This document shows, piece after piece, positions 36,101 to 47,468 of a DNA stretch of 64,000 nucleotides. The translations under genes and the position numbers were made by a program. The number at the start of each line of letters is the position of its first letter. The first letter of the stretch is position 1. Origin of the DNA: Octopus sinensis (taxonomy: Eukaryota); the NCBI RefSeq assembly GCF_006345805.1, contig NC_043019.1, forward strand, positions 3,954,605 through 4,018,604, written 5' to 3'. Under the pieces are notes generated by a model. The model searched no databases. It saw nothing but the letters and a program-made list of their open reading frames with translations, and was not told the DNA's origin.

Positions 36101-39100
36101 ATGAGAAAATCTTTGACCAGGACCAGAAAACTAACCGAAGAAATGACACCGAAACAATTTTCTTTAGGTTAGAAGGACCAAAATTTTCATGTGAAATGCA
36201 GCAGAATTTAGAAAGACAGTGACAATGTTTGAATGTTTATACTACATGTTTACATGTTTACATATTATATTAAATTGGTTTGCTTGCTAGAAAATATGTT
36301 GTGACCTAATCTTTCAAACAGACAAATCCCAAATGCTGTTGTTGTGTGAGCTCAGAGGATCAGAAGCTGTTGTAGTGGCAATAGAGACAATAGAAAGAAG
36401 TGACAGCAGACTTGTGGGCCAGGGGCTGGTGCGTGTCTGTTTCTGATTGAAAAACAGCTTTGAAAACCATGCCAAAACTGACCCTGCCCATGCTGGTGCC
36501 ATGTAAAAAGTACTCAGTACACTCTATACAGTAGTTGGTGTTAGGAAGGGCATCCAGCTGTAGAAACCAAACCAAGTGGCCCTTGGCCTTATCAGTTCCT
36601 GTCAAGCTATCCAACGCATGCCAGCATGGAAAGCGGATGTTAGATTTTTGATGATGATGAAGTTCAAGAATTATAAATAACAATTAACCATTTCATTATC
36701 ATATTTCTAATGAAATACATTTCCACTAATTCAGAAAGTTTATTTAGTGAATTCTTTTAAATTAATTTTGAGAATAATGAAGAATTTAGTAAGATAACTT
36801 TGTCATTCCTAAGCTGGTGTTTGAACCATGAACTGTCTGGAAATCTTGATGAAATGTTTTAATTCTGATCACTTTAAAACAGGAAGTTTGCGTCATAGAA
36901 CTAGGGGTGCTTTTGGGTAGGTCAGTATGAAAGGGTTGAAAGGGATGATGTCAGGGAGATAGAGAACACCTAACTGTTGATGAAATTTTCCACTGAATTT
37001 GTTGTCGATTCATGTAAACTTTTCTTAACATCCTCTGGATTACAAAATGAAGAATCTTATCAATATTTTTTTCTCTAGTTCTACGTAGAATTGTTTGTTC
37101 TTAGAACTTACCAACCAGTTGTTTCCCTAAAATATGACACGATTTTACATCCATTTTCAAATCCTGACTGCATCATATTCAAGTTTAGCTTATCCTAAAC
37201 TAATTTAACTAAAAATCTCACAACTATATTCAAGGCTTTGTCTATACATTATTTATATTATTTCATTTTCTCTTTCAACAGATGGTTTTCAATATGAGAA
37301 AGCTTTTGAATTTTATAATGCTGCACTTAGTGAAAGATTGAAAATTGTTACTGTAAATCCCAAGATATCTGTGATAGCATACTGTAATGTAGCAAAGTTA
37401 TTATCCCGAAACTTTGGCAAACACAGTAAGTAAATAGTCTTAAGTTGTAAGTAAAATCTAAAACTACTTAAAATATTTGTTTGATTTCTTTATTACTATT
37501 TCTCCTTCTTAAGATGGTGAACTATCAAAATTACCAACATGTTGAGCAAAGGTCTTAGTGGTATTTTGTCCGTTTATATGTTCTGAGTTCAAATTCTGTC
37601 AAGGTTGACTTTGCTTTTCATCCTTTTGAGGTCAATAAAATAAGTACCAGTTGTATACTGGGATCAATGTAACTGATTTACCCGCCTCCCCTGAACTTGC
37701 TAACTCTGTGCCATAATTTGAAACCAATATTTCATACAATCAACATGACTTTACCTTTCATCCTTTCGGGGTCAATAAAGCAGGTACCAGTCAAACACTG
37801 GGGTTGATGTAATCAACTTACCCCCTCCCCAAAATTGCTGGCTTTGTGCCAAAATTTGAAGTTAATATTTCTCTTTCTTCTTCCAGATAAAGCACTTCAA
37901 CTCCTGTTCAGTGCCAAGAATATCCAAAAGAAGCATAGCTGGCTACACATAAACACCTCCTTGGTATTGCATTACATTGGTCTTGTGTATCTGAGAATGT
38001 AAGTACTTTGGTTTGATCAGCCTCATTGGTCAAGTGCATTTGAGATTGGAAGTATTGGGTTGTCTGGAAAGTTCGTGCCGATTTATAGTAGCTTACATTT
38101 CGACTTATTTTAGAACATGGTTGATTCCATAAAACAGGATTTTACTACACCGCCATTTAGAGCACAGTTTAAGCTATCTTTTCCTGGAAGAAGGTTTATG
38201 TTCCTATAAACTGTGTTAATTCTGTAACTCTTTAAAATGGAAGATAAGAAAGTTCATTTTCGGCACTTGATGCTTTGGGAACCAGACAAAAATTGCTGCA
38301 GTTTGGCTGGGATGTGTTACTCCACCCTCCATATTCACCGGATATTGCTCCTTCGGATTTCCAGTTATTCAGGTCTCTGCCGAATAGTAAAAATTTCAAT
38401 TTCTTGGATGACGTAAAAAGATACCTTGAAACCACCTCAATTCTGGGAAGATACCATGAAACCACCTCAATTCTGGGAAGAAGGTATTTTCAAGTTAAAG
38501 GAAAGATGGAGATGCATTGTGCAACAAAATGGTTCATATTTGGTTGATTAAAAATGTAATGGCAAGTATTTATTGACCTTTTTCTTTCCTTTAAAAATCG
38601 GCAAGAACTTTCTAGACAACCCAATAATTCTCCACATCGAGTCAACAAAATGCATGGTAGCTTGATACAAAGGCTTAAAACAAGGGTTGGATTGAACAAG
38701 AAGATGCCCAGCACCTTGCCGTACTGAAGAAGACCTATACTCTGCTTGCAGGAGTGTTAAGATTGATCCTTCTGGTGGTGCAAAGCACATGGGGTGGTAC
38801 CATATAAATGCGCCTGTGCAGTGTCATGTAATAGCACCCACATGGTTCCATGGAAAGGCGCCCATGTGGTGCAATGTAAAAGCAACCAGCACATCTGTGA
38901 AGGGGTTGGTGTTAAGAAGGGCATCCAGCTATAGAAACCTTGCCAAATCAGACTGGGGTCTGGTGCAGCTCGCCACCTTGCCAGTTCTGGTCAAACCATC
39001 CAGGTACCAGTCAAACACTGGACAATGGACATTACATGATGATGATGAACATATACATACATTGCTCCATGTTTGCTGTCATATAACACATGTCTGGAGC

Positions 39101-40015
39101 ATGCAGCCATTAGTATGACCATGTAAGGAGTTTGTGTATTGGAACTCTTCTCTGCACACACTGAAGAGAGAGTTTCTTACTATTAACACATGCGCAAAAG
39201 CATATCTGTGTGTGTGTATGTATGTGTGGGTCTCCTTGAGAACAACAAGGTTCCCAGCATGTTGGTCCTATGTCATCTCAACTGAAAGTTTTAGAATCCT
39301 GAGTTCATTCCTCAGTACCTCTTCCCATGTCTTCAAGATATGTATCTACGTGTGTGTGTCTTTGTGTCTGTGTTTGTCCCCCACTTCACCGCTTGACGAC
39401 TGGTGTTAGTGTGCTTACGTCCCTGTAACTTAGCTGTTCAGCAAAAGAGACTGATAGAATAAGTAGTGGGGGTCGATTCATTTGAGTAAAAAATTCTTCC
39501 TGGCAATGCCCCAGCATTCAATCTAATGAATGAAGCAAATAAAAGTTTCAAAATAAATATATTTTTAAAATTTTTATTTCATTTTCCCTCTGATAGTGTG
39601 TGTATCTACCAATCACTACCACCACCACCACCTCTGCCACTAACACTACTACCACTGCTACCATTACTATTACAACAACCACCATCATCATCACCACTAC
39701 TACTTTTGACTTGATATTACCATTAAACCACTATGGCCATCATATTCCAGGCATGAAATCTCCTACAGTCTGACATTTTTTCATGAGGCTTTGGAGATCT
39801 ACAACCAGATAAACCCAAACTACACCGGAAAGATGGATGTCATTCACGCAATTGCGCACTGCTATCTGCTGAAAGAGGAATTCGATAATGCCACGAGTTT
39901 TTTCCAGGACATATTGAATGGTAACACCGACCATTTGTTGAGCAGCGTATCAGCGGTTGAAGGTTTCTCAATGGCTTTAGAACACCTGGTTTATCTCAAT
40001 TTGGAAAATCCTCAG
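23819..40015 (+). CDS. STAND (NB-ARC-like) NTPase-TPR protein, copy 2; nine exons, at least 752 aa, 3' end unresolved
   Basis: Exon lengths 180+1026+157+148+110+114+144+112+265 = 2256 nt, all GT-AG, phases 0,0,1,2,1,1,1,2 consistent, no stop. Walker A GLPYVGKT, Walker B ICIFDD, GLPG, and about 7 TPR-like repeats. Confidence 0.9.
25188..26213 (+). CDS. Copy 2 exon 2 (NB-ARC core, helical domain, winged helix, first helical repeat)
   Basis: tgtcag|GTC ... GAG|gtaaga; 342 codons, open. Confidence 0.95.
26415..26760 (+). mobile_element. RTE-clade LINE reverse transcriptase fragment
   Basis: AIKSMKTGKAPGSSGITAEMLK...YKGIGDALDTNNYRGIKLLDQVMKV. Confidence 0.9.
26760..28655 (-). mobile_element. Very AT-rich Penelope-like relic
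   Basis: Reverse complement of 27470-27550 aligns with 40520-40615. Internal diverged duplication at about 27700-28030 vs 28370-28650. Confidence 0.55.
29100..29256 (+). CDS. Copy 2 exon 3
   Basis: cttttag|ATA ... CCAG|gtatga; ITLKASNILMLCHPRD...AYGVSLTDLP; phase 0 to 1. Conserved in copy 3. Confidence 0.9.
29575..29900 (+). mobile_element. RTE LINE 3' fragment, shared at the equivalent position in copy 3 (62655-62980)
   Basis: RLERNEVSML..MC...QERRLHWFGHVMR...GRGRFRKTW. Confidence 0.85.
31187..31334 (+). CDS. Copy 2 exon 4 (TPR)
   Basis: ccacag|GT ... TTGAA|gtatgt; YGGYKEAMEHYKKALDVMK...YNSMAYNAYMRGNYVEAL; phase 1 to 2. Confidence 0.85.
31626..31790 (+). mobile_element. tRNA-derived SINE (family with head ggcgcaggagtggctgtgtgg)
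   Basis: Fuller copies at 43242-43630, 45730-46135 and 19945-20350 (-). Confidence 0.8.
31889..32570. mobile_element. pogo/Tigger-like MITE with TA TSD
   Basis: ta|ccgtatttgacggcatat ... atatgccgtcaaatacgg|ta. Confidence 0.85.
33167..33276 (+). CDS. Copy 2 exon 5 (TPR)
   Basis: cctcag|T ... GTTG|gtaata; FAETGYN...RCASTLAYNLSFV; phase 2 to 1. Confidence 0.85.
34205..34603. mobile_element. Two tandem mariner-derived MITEs (about 34205-34405 and 34434-34603)
   Basis: Terminal inverted repeats gctgaaaagttcctgg / caggaacttttcagca. Confidence 0.7.
34764..34877 (+). CDS. Copy 2 exon 6 (TPR)
   Basis: ttgcag|GT ... AGGA|gtaagt; YYDKCEKLL...MLNTMGVNYER; phase 1 to 1. Confidence 0.9.
35530..36150 (+). 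mobile_element. maT/Tc1-like transposase 5' fragment
   Basis: tacagggtg TIR-like start; N-terminal HTH-like region then decayed WFFPDEKIFDQD. Confidence 0.75.
37282..37425 (+). CDS. Copy 2 exon 7 (TPR)
   Basis: caacag|AT ... CACA|gtaagt; GFQYEKAFEFYNAALSER...AYCNVAKLLSRNFGKH; phase 1 to 1. Confidence 0.9.
37887..37998 (+). CDS. Copy 2 exon 8 (TPR)
   Basis: ttccag|AT ... AGAAT|gtaagt; KALQLLFSAKNI...VLHYIGLVYLR; phase 1 to 2. Confidence 0.9.
38055..38624 (+). mobile_element. Internally deleted mariner with TIRs and TA TSD
   Basis: ta|ttgggttgtctggaaagttc ... gaactttctagacaacccaa|ta; HPPYSPDIAPSDFQLFRSL. Confidence 0.9.
39751..40015 (+). CDS. Copy 2 exon 9 (TPR)
   Basis: ttccag|G ... CAG|gtatgg; HEISYSLTFFHEALEIY...HAIAHCYLLKEEFDNATSFFQDIL; phase 2 to 0. 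Confidence 0.85.
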
Positions 40016-40289
40016 GTATGGTTAATTATCACATATGTTGTAATTGTTGATTAATTGCGGGATTCATTGATGATTGATAGATTGATGGATTGATTAATGG
40101 ATATATGGGTTGAGTGAAAGATGGAGGGAGGGATTTCTGCAGTGGTTTTTGTTCCTTTTGCTGAAAGGTTTGCAAGGCACCAGCAGGCCTCAAGAGACGC
40201 ATTCCCGTCCATAGAACATGATTACTGCTTTAGTTCACTGCACCCTCAGTTGTCATTCACGATGAGAGAATCCATCATAGCTATATTTA

Positions 40290-42852
40290 CAAATTGATAA
40301 TAATAATAATAAAATCAATTCGATTTAAAATTAAATGGAACTAAAATTAATTCTATTTAAAAATATAATCACTCATCAGGTCTAAGATAATAAATAATAA
40401 AAAATAATAATAGAATAAATGTACTTATCTTAACTTATATTAATTATCAAATAAATATATAAAATAATACGTGTATTAACTATAATAATCGAAAAGCATG
40501 TAATAATATTTCTTAAAATAAAAATGTAACTTATCTTGTCGAAGGATTTTCGTGAACTAAAAATTTAAACGTAAACCGTCGAACTTAGCGTCGATATAAA
40601 ATATATCGCGTGAAAATATGGCGTAATAGAATTTATAGAAGAAATAGATAGAAATATGTATTTAAGCTATTAAAATTACAAATGTATTTTAGCTGTAAGA
40701 ACAAGGAAAAAAATTAATTTTAATATATCATTAACTGGAAAATTTGTAAAGTCTAAATATTTTAAAAACTAAATACGTAAAATACATAATATAATAAACG
40801 TAAATTAAGCTAAAATTCTATAATTTAATCTATTTTCATTAATCAATTTATTTTATAAACATCTAATTTTCAATTTATTCTAATTATGTAATATAGACAA
40901 TATAATCTCGTGCTAATTTATACACATTTTACTACTACAAATTATAACTACAGCAATTAGTAACATAAAATAGGGTTTATATATATATACACAAATTAGC
41001 TAAACTTATTATGTAAGTAATTTAATTTATGACTATAAATTCTATTTACACCATATTTTCACGCGATACATTTTATATAAACGCTAAGTTCGAGGTTTTA
41101 CGTTTAAATTATGTAATGAATAAGGTAGAAATGACTTATGATGAAGTTAATGTTGTTATAACGGCTATGTTGATTAGATACAATAATAAACTGGGCTACG
41201 AAGGATACTAGAGACTTTTTTGATATAGCTATGGGCGCACCCGATTCTGCACAGCCAACTGATTTAGTAGGTATTTATTTATTATCGGAATTTCAATTAG
41301 AAAAATTAAAGTTGGAGGGTGGTCTATATAGGGATGACATTTTATTAATAACTAAGAATTGCACCAATACAACACTAGAATTATATAAGAAGAAACTATA
41401 TAGTTTTTTTTAAAAGACATAGATTGAGTATTACTATATATAATGAGAACTATAATGTTAATTATTTAGATGCTAATTTTAATTTAATAACAGGTAAAAA
41501 CCAACCATTCCATAAAATTAAGGAAAACCTTAGATATATTAATGCTAATAGTAATCATCCACCCTCTATTAAGAAATCATTGACAGCTGATATAGGTAAA
41601 AGAATATCGTTGCTTTCTTCTAATTTTGAGATTTTCCAAAAACACGCACCTTATTATAATGAAGCCCTGCCAGAGGCGGGATATAATAATAATATTAAAT
41701 TCTTTAATAATTCTAAATATGATTATAATATAAATGATTCTTATATTTTTTATAATAAGCCTAACATTAGGAATTACGATACGTTTTATTTAGGTAATTA
41801 TGGTATTAATAATATGTATTATGATAATACAAAACATAAATATAATAATAGACTAAAAAATAAAATAAAATTTAAATCATTTAATGATAATAATAAATTT
41901 AATAATATAAAAAATAAATATAATAATAGACTAAAAAATAAAATAAAATTTAAATCATTTAATGATAATAATAAATTTGTTAATATAAAAAATAAATATA
42001 ATAATAGACTAAAAAATAAAATAAAATTTAAATCATTTAATGATAATAATAAATTTAATAATATAAAAAATAAATATAATAATAGACTAAAAAATAAAAT
42101 AAAATTTAAATCATTTAATGATAATAATAAATTTAATAATATAAAAAATAAATATAATAATAGACTAAAAAATAAAATAAAATTTAAATCATTTAATGAT
42201 AATAATAAATTTAATAATATAAAAAAAATATAATAATAGACTAAAAAATAAAATAAAATTTAAATCATTTAATGATAAAATAAATTTAATAATATAAAAA
42301 ATAAATATAATAATAGACTAAAAAATAAAATAAAATTTAAATCATTTAATGATAATAATAAATTTAATAATATAAAAAAATAAATATAATAATAGACTAA
42401 AAAATAAAATAAAATTTAAATCATTTAATGATAATAATAAATTTAATAATATAAAAAATAAATATAATAACAGACTAAAAAATAAAATAAAATTTAAATC
42501 ATTTAATGATAATAATAAATTTAATAATATAAAAAATAAATATAATAATATTAATAATAAGAACAAAATTTGGTTAATTATTCCCTATGGAGCTCAAGTT
42601 AAAACAAACATTATTAAAGAGATTTTAATTATAATTGAAGTATTCGTTAGAGATAATAAAAAATATAATAACATTTTTTTCTAGTGATAATTTTGGATTT
42701 GGTTATTCTTCTACTAATAATGTTGGTAACATTATTTCTTCTTTTAAGTATTTGGTAGATAAAATTAAGGTACTTGGGTGTACCTTATACACACTTTTAC
42801 ATATACATATATACATATACGTATACATAGACATAAATATACATATACGTAT

Positions 42853-42931
<79 letters not shown>

Positions 42932-43057
42932 TATGTATATGTATATATATGTACATGTAAAAGTTTGTATATATGAATGTATTTATATTTATAACTTAAC
43001 CTTATGAACTTTCTAAATTCTCTGACGAAGTACCTTAATTTTATCTACCAAATACTT
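40290..43057 (+). mobile_element. Penelope-like retroelement relic (partial tandem: 3' piece then RT C-terminus and linker), very AT-rich
   Basis: MGAPDSAQPTDLVGIYLL...GLYRDD, NYLDANFNL, YINANSNHPPSIKK, and decayed linker IPY...VKTNI...GYSSTNNVGNIISS. Confidence 0.85.
41838..42550 (+). repeat. 78-bp tandem repeat (KYNNRLKNKIKFKSFNDNNKFNNIKN), about 9 copies, inside the Penelope-like ORF
   Basis: 26-aa period in ORF 41424-42233; later units carry 1-nt slips. Confidence 0.9.
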
Positions 43058-43728
43058 CAATTCACTAGAGGGATGGAAGGAAAGCGGGGTACTGTGACCT
43101 CATGACTGAAACAGCTGTAAGAAACTATTCTACTTATTATGTTCTATGTTATATATTTTAATAATTACTGGTATTTTTATATATATACAGAATAATTTGT
43201 TATACATGTATGTATTTTGTTATAATTTTTTTAAATACATAGGCGCAGGAGTGGCTGTGTGGTAAGTAGCTTGCTAACCAACCACATGGTTCCAAATTCA
43301 GTCCCACTGCGTGGCATCTTGGGCAAGTGTCTTCTACTATAGCCCCGGGTCGACCAATGCCTTGTGAGTGGATTTGGTAGACGGAAACTGAAAGAAACAT
43401 GTCGTATATATGTGTTTGTGTGTGTTTGTGTGTCTGTGTTTGTCCCCCTAGCATTGCTTGACAACCGATGCTGGTGTGTTTACGTACGTCCCCGTCACTT
43501 AGCGGTTCGGCAAAAAGAGACCGATAGAATAAGTACTGGGCTTACAAAGAATAAGTCCCGGGGTCGATTTGCTCGACCAAAGGCTGTGCTCCAGCATGGC
43601 CGCAGTCAAATGACTGAAACAAGTAAAAGAATAAAAGAAAAAGAATAAAATAGATATAATATAATGACTAAAAGTTGCTGAACACCATCTCTTGGTCCCC
43701 TTCATTTTCTTATTACCGTATAAATATA

Positions 43729-43776
<48 letters not shown>

Positions 43777-44316
43777 CATGTAGGTTGTGCTTGTGCTTAC
43801 GTAATGAGTATTGGTCATATACTTACACAAATAATGACGACGTCACAATTTTTGTGTAGAGGCGCAATGGCCCAGTGCTTAGGGTGGTGGACTCGCGGTC
43901 GTAGGGTTGTGGTCATAGGATCGCGGTTTCGATTCCCAGACTAGATGTTGTGAGTGTTTGTTTATTGCGCGAAAACACCTAAAGCACTACTAGGCTCCGG
44001 CAGTGGGTGGTGGCGAACCCTGGTGTACTCTTTCCTCACAACTTTCTCTCAATGTTTTCTCCTGTTTCTGTTGTACCTGTATTTCAAAGGGGCAACGTTG
44101 TCACACACTGTGTCACGCTGAATCTTCCCGAGAACTATGTTATGGGTACATGTGTCTGTGGAGTACTCAGCCACTTACACATTAATTTCACGAGCAAGCT
44201 GTTCCGTTGATTGGATCAGCTGGAACCCTCCTCGTCGTAACCGACGGAGTGCCACGAATATATTTAAATGTTCTTCAGTATTGATAACAAACAATAATAA
44301 AAAATATATATATAAT

Positions 44317-44424
<108 letters not shown>

Positions 44425-44645
44425 GCATAGATATATACCGAAATTTATAAATCTATAAATAGGATAATATCGATATTTAAATATCGATCTTATCAAGTGG
44501 CCAGCATTGTATTTACTGCGGTGTTTATTTTGACCATATCGCGCATGGAGCTGTTTGGCAGGCAACTTAAACTGGTCTTGTACATACGTGCACATATAGG
44601 TATGTATGAGCGTTCGTATATGTAAGTATAACGTATGTTCTGTAT

Positions 44646-44795
<150 letters not shown>

Positions 44796-45039
44796 AAAAA
44801 TGAAGTTCGAAAGTGCTGCTATATTAGACAATTTTTAATTTTTATATATACATTATTTATTTAACATGTTTGGGTTCTTGAAATGATGAACCTTATCAAA
44901 AAAAATTATATATAAAAAGATAGTTCATGCTATCAAATATAAAAAAATTCATATATAATATACAATAGAGTCAGACATCAAAAGTTCATATATAGTGAAG
45001 TGAGTTCATGCTATATGTTTAAAGAGTATGATGTAGTAA

Positions 45040-45463
45040 GTTCATAGTGGTGATATGCATTCAATATAAAAAATAGTTCATAGTGGTGATATGCATTCAA
45101 TATAAAAATAGTTCATAGTGGTGATATGCATTCAATATAAAAAATAGTTCATAGTGGTGATATGCATTCAATATAAAAAATAGTTCATAGTGGTGATATG
45201 CATTCAATATAAAAAATAGTTCATAGTGGTGATATGCATTCAATATAAAAAATAGTTCATAGTGGTGATATGCATTCATATAAAAAATAGTTCATAGTGG
45301 TGATATGCATTCAATATAAAAAATAGTTCATAGTGGTGATATGCATTCAATATAAAAATAGTTCATAGTGGTGATATGCATTCAATAAAAAATAGTTCAT
45401 AGTGGTGATATGCATTCAATATAAAAATAGTTCATAGTGGTGATATGCATTCAATATAAAAAT
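45040..45463. repeat. 36-bp minisatellite (agttcatagtggtgatatgcattcaatataaaaaat), about 12 copies
   Basis: Near-identical tandem units with no spacers. Confidence 0.95.
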
Positions 45464-45661
45464 TGACGTTCTTGAAAAAGCGAGGAATTCATTTTATATT
45501 TTACCTTGAGCAACTGTGATGACTTTTTGGTCGGTGTCCGCTCGGACAGTTCTGGCGGACCTTGTGAATTGTTTGGGTTTTATATCAACCTTTTGGTGGC
45601 CAGAATGCATATATTTTTAACAAATATATACCCACTCGTATACGAGCTAATCTTATAAATT

Positions 45662-45731
<70 letters not shown>

Positions 45732-46482
45732 CGCAGGAGTGGCTGTGTGGTAAGTAGCTTGCTAACCAACCACATAGTTCCAGATTCAGTCCCACTGCGT
45801 GGCATCTTAGGCAAGTGTCTTTTGCTATAGTCCCGGGCCGACCAATGCCTTGTGAGTGGATTTGGTAGACGGAAACTGAAAGAAGCCTGTCGTATATATG
45901 TATATATATATAAGTGGGTATGTATATGTTTGTGTGTCTGTGTTTGTCCCCCTAGCATTGTTTGACAACCGATGCTGGTGTGTTACGTCCCCGTCACTTA
46001 GCGGTTCGGCAAAAGAGACCGATAGAATAAGTACTGGGCTTACAAGAATAAGTCCCGGGGTAGATTTGCTCGACTAAAGGCGGTGCTCCAGCATGGCCGC
46101 AGTCAAATGACTGAAACAGTAAAGAGTGAAAGAGTAAAGAGTATATATGTATGTATTTATTTGCCGATCTGGTATATTCAACTGAAGAAGGCAGAGCTTC
46201 TCATGCAAAGTCAGAAATCCAGGATCTTCAATTATCCAGAAAAATCTTTTTTTTCTAGATAATTTTTGTCTTCTCTTCTTCTCCTAGCGCTGTGGCTTTT
46301 GAGCCACGGTTGGACTGCTATTTCAGCATGGTGCCATCTCTCAGATACCCTAATTTATAGTTTTAAATAATTTTTACCTTTCTATGGCATTTATTCCCAT
46401 GTTGGCCACTTGATGGGATCGATATTATCCTCATATATATATATACATATGTGGCTTAATTTCACTTCATTTTTATTTCTAG

Positions 46483-46799
46483 AACCAGCTGATTCATATG
46501 AAGAATATTTTGAACCATCTAAGACAACTATTGAAACAAAAAGTAATGAGAAACAGAAGCAACGATATGCCGATGCTATTGCTAAGACCACTCCTTGAAA
46601 ATACTCCTGGTAGATAACTCAACCAAAATGAAGAACGGGCTGGACTCCTCATAGACTCAATCCCTGTTCTTTGTAATCATTGCAAGACCTTCAGGCAGTA
46701 TTTGAATTGTTCTCAAGAAATTATATTCATAAACTTTGCGGACTGCGATCTAATTTATATGAAATCGACATTCAACAACGATTAAAGATTGTAGAATAA
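46483..46799 (+). pseudogene. Candidate terminal exon A of the STAND-TPR gene (disrupted in the likely ancestral frame)
   Basis: Acceptor tttatttctag|; homologous to 47036-47347. Phase 0 reading gives 44 aa to TAA at 46615; phase 1 reading is protein-like but broken. Confidence 0.45.
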
Positions 46800-46965
46800 G
46801 AATTACACTCTCAGAGTGGTTAGCATTAGGAATGTCATCCTGCTGTAGAAACTTTACCAGATCAGATTGGAGCCAGGTGCATCCTACAGGTTGCCCAGTC
46901 CTCATCAAACCGTCCCACCCATGCCAGCATGGGAAACGGACGTTAAATGATGATGATGAAGATAA

Positions 46966-46997
<32 letters not shown>

Positions 46998-47035
46998 TAT
47001 TTATATTGTTTTAATTCACTTTCTTTTATTTCTAG

Positions 47036-47347
47036 AACCAGCTGTTTCATTGGAGAATCTTTGAACGAAATAAGACAACTACATAAACGAGTGTAAATGA
47101 GAAACAGAAGCTACGATATTCCAATGCTATTGGCAAGTACCAGTCCTTGAAAATACTCCTGGTAGATAAACTCAACCAAAAGGAGAACGGGCTGGACTCA
47201 TGGACCAATCCCTGTTCTTTGTCATCATTGCAAAAGTTTCATGCTTTATTTTAATTGCTCTCAAGAGATTATATTCATAAACTTTGCGGACGGCGATCTA
47301 ATTTATATGAAATCGATATTCAACAACGATTAAAGATTGTAGAATAA
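47036..47347 (+). pseudogene. Candidate terminal exon B (tandem duplicate of A, disrupted)
   Basis: Same acceptor; homology ends at the shared KIVE* stop; early 1-nt deletion and an internal TAA. Confidence 0.45.
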
Positions 47348-47424
47348 AGAATGGTTTATGTTTTACATTTTTGGTATGATGACACATTATAGCTGTGGGC
47401 AGTTAATAGATGAACTCACATATC

Positions 47425-47468
47425 ACAGTCTGATGAAGGATAAGCAATCCCGAGACTTCGAAAGCTGT
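47425..47468 (+). ncRNA. Degenerate type I hammerhead relic
   Basis: ACAGU-CUGAUGA-AGGAUAAGCAAUCCC-GAGAC-UUCG-AAA-GCUGU. Spacing fits, but the GAAA and NUH positions are mutated. Confidence 0.35.

Noticed and set aside
23819-40015. Assigning a gene symbol (APAF1, NPHP3, KLC, TTC28)
   Set aside because: Only the architecture is similar; there is no CARD/WD40 and no recognisable orthologous sequence.
45040-45463. 36-bp repeat array as a CRISPR-like locus (also the 19-bp array at 5403)
   Set aside because: No unique spacers, no cas genes, eukaryotic context.
46160-46400. Protein-like stretch (WYIQLKKAELLMQSQK) and strong acceptor at 46287 as the missing exon
   Set aside because: The first has no acceptor; the second gives a stop after 4 codons in the required phase 0.
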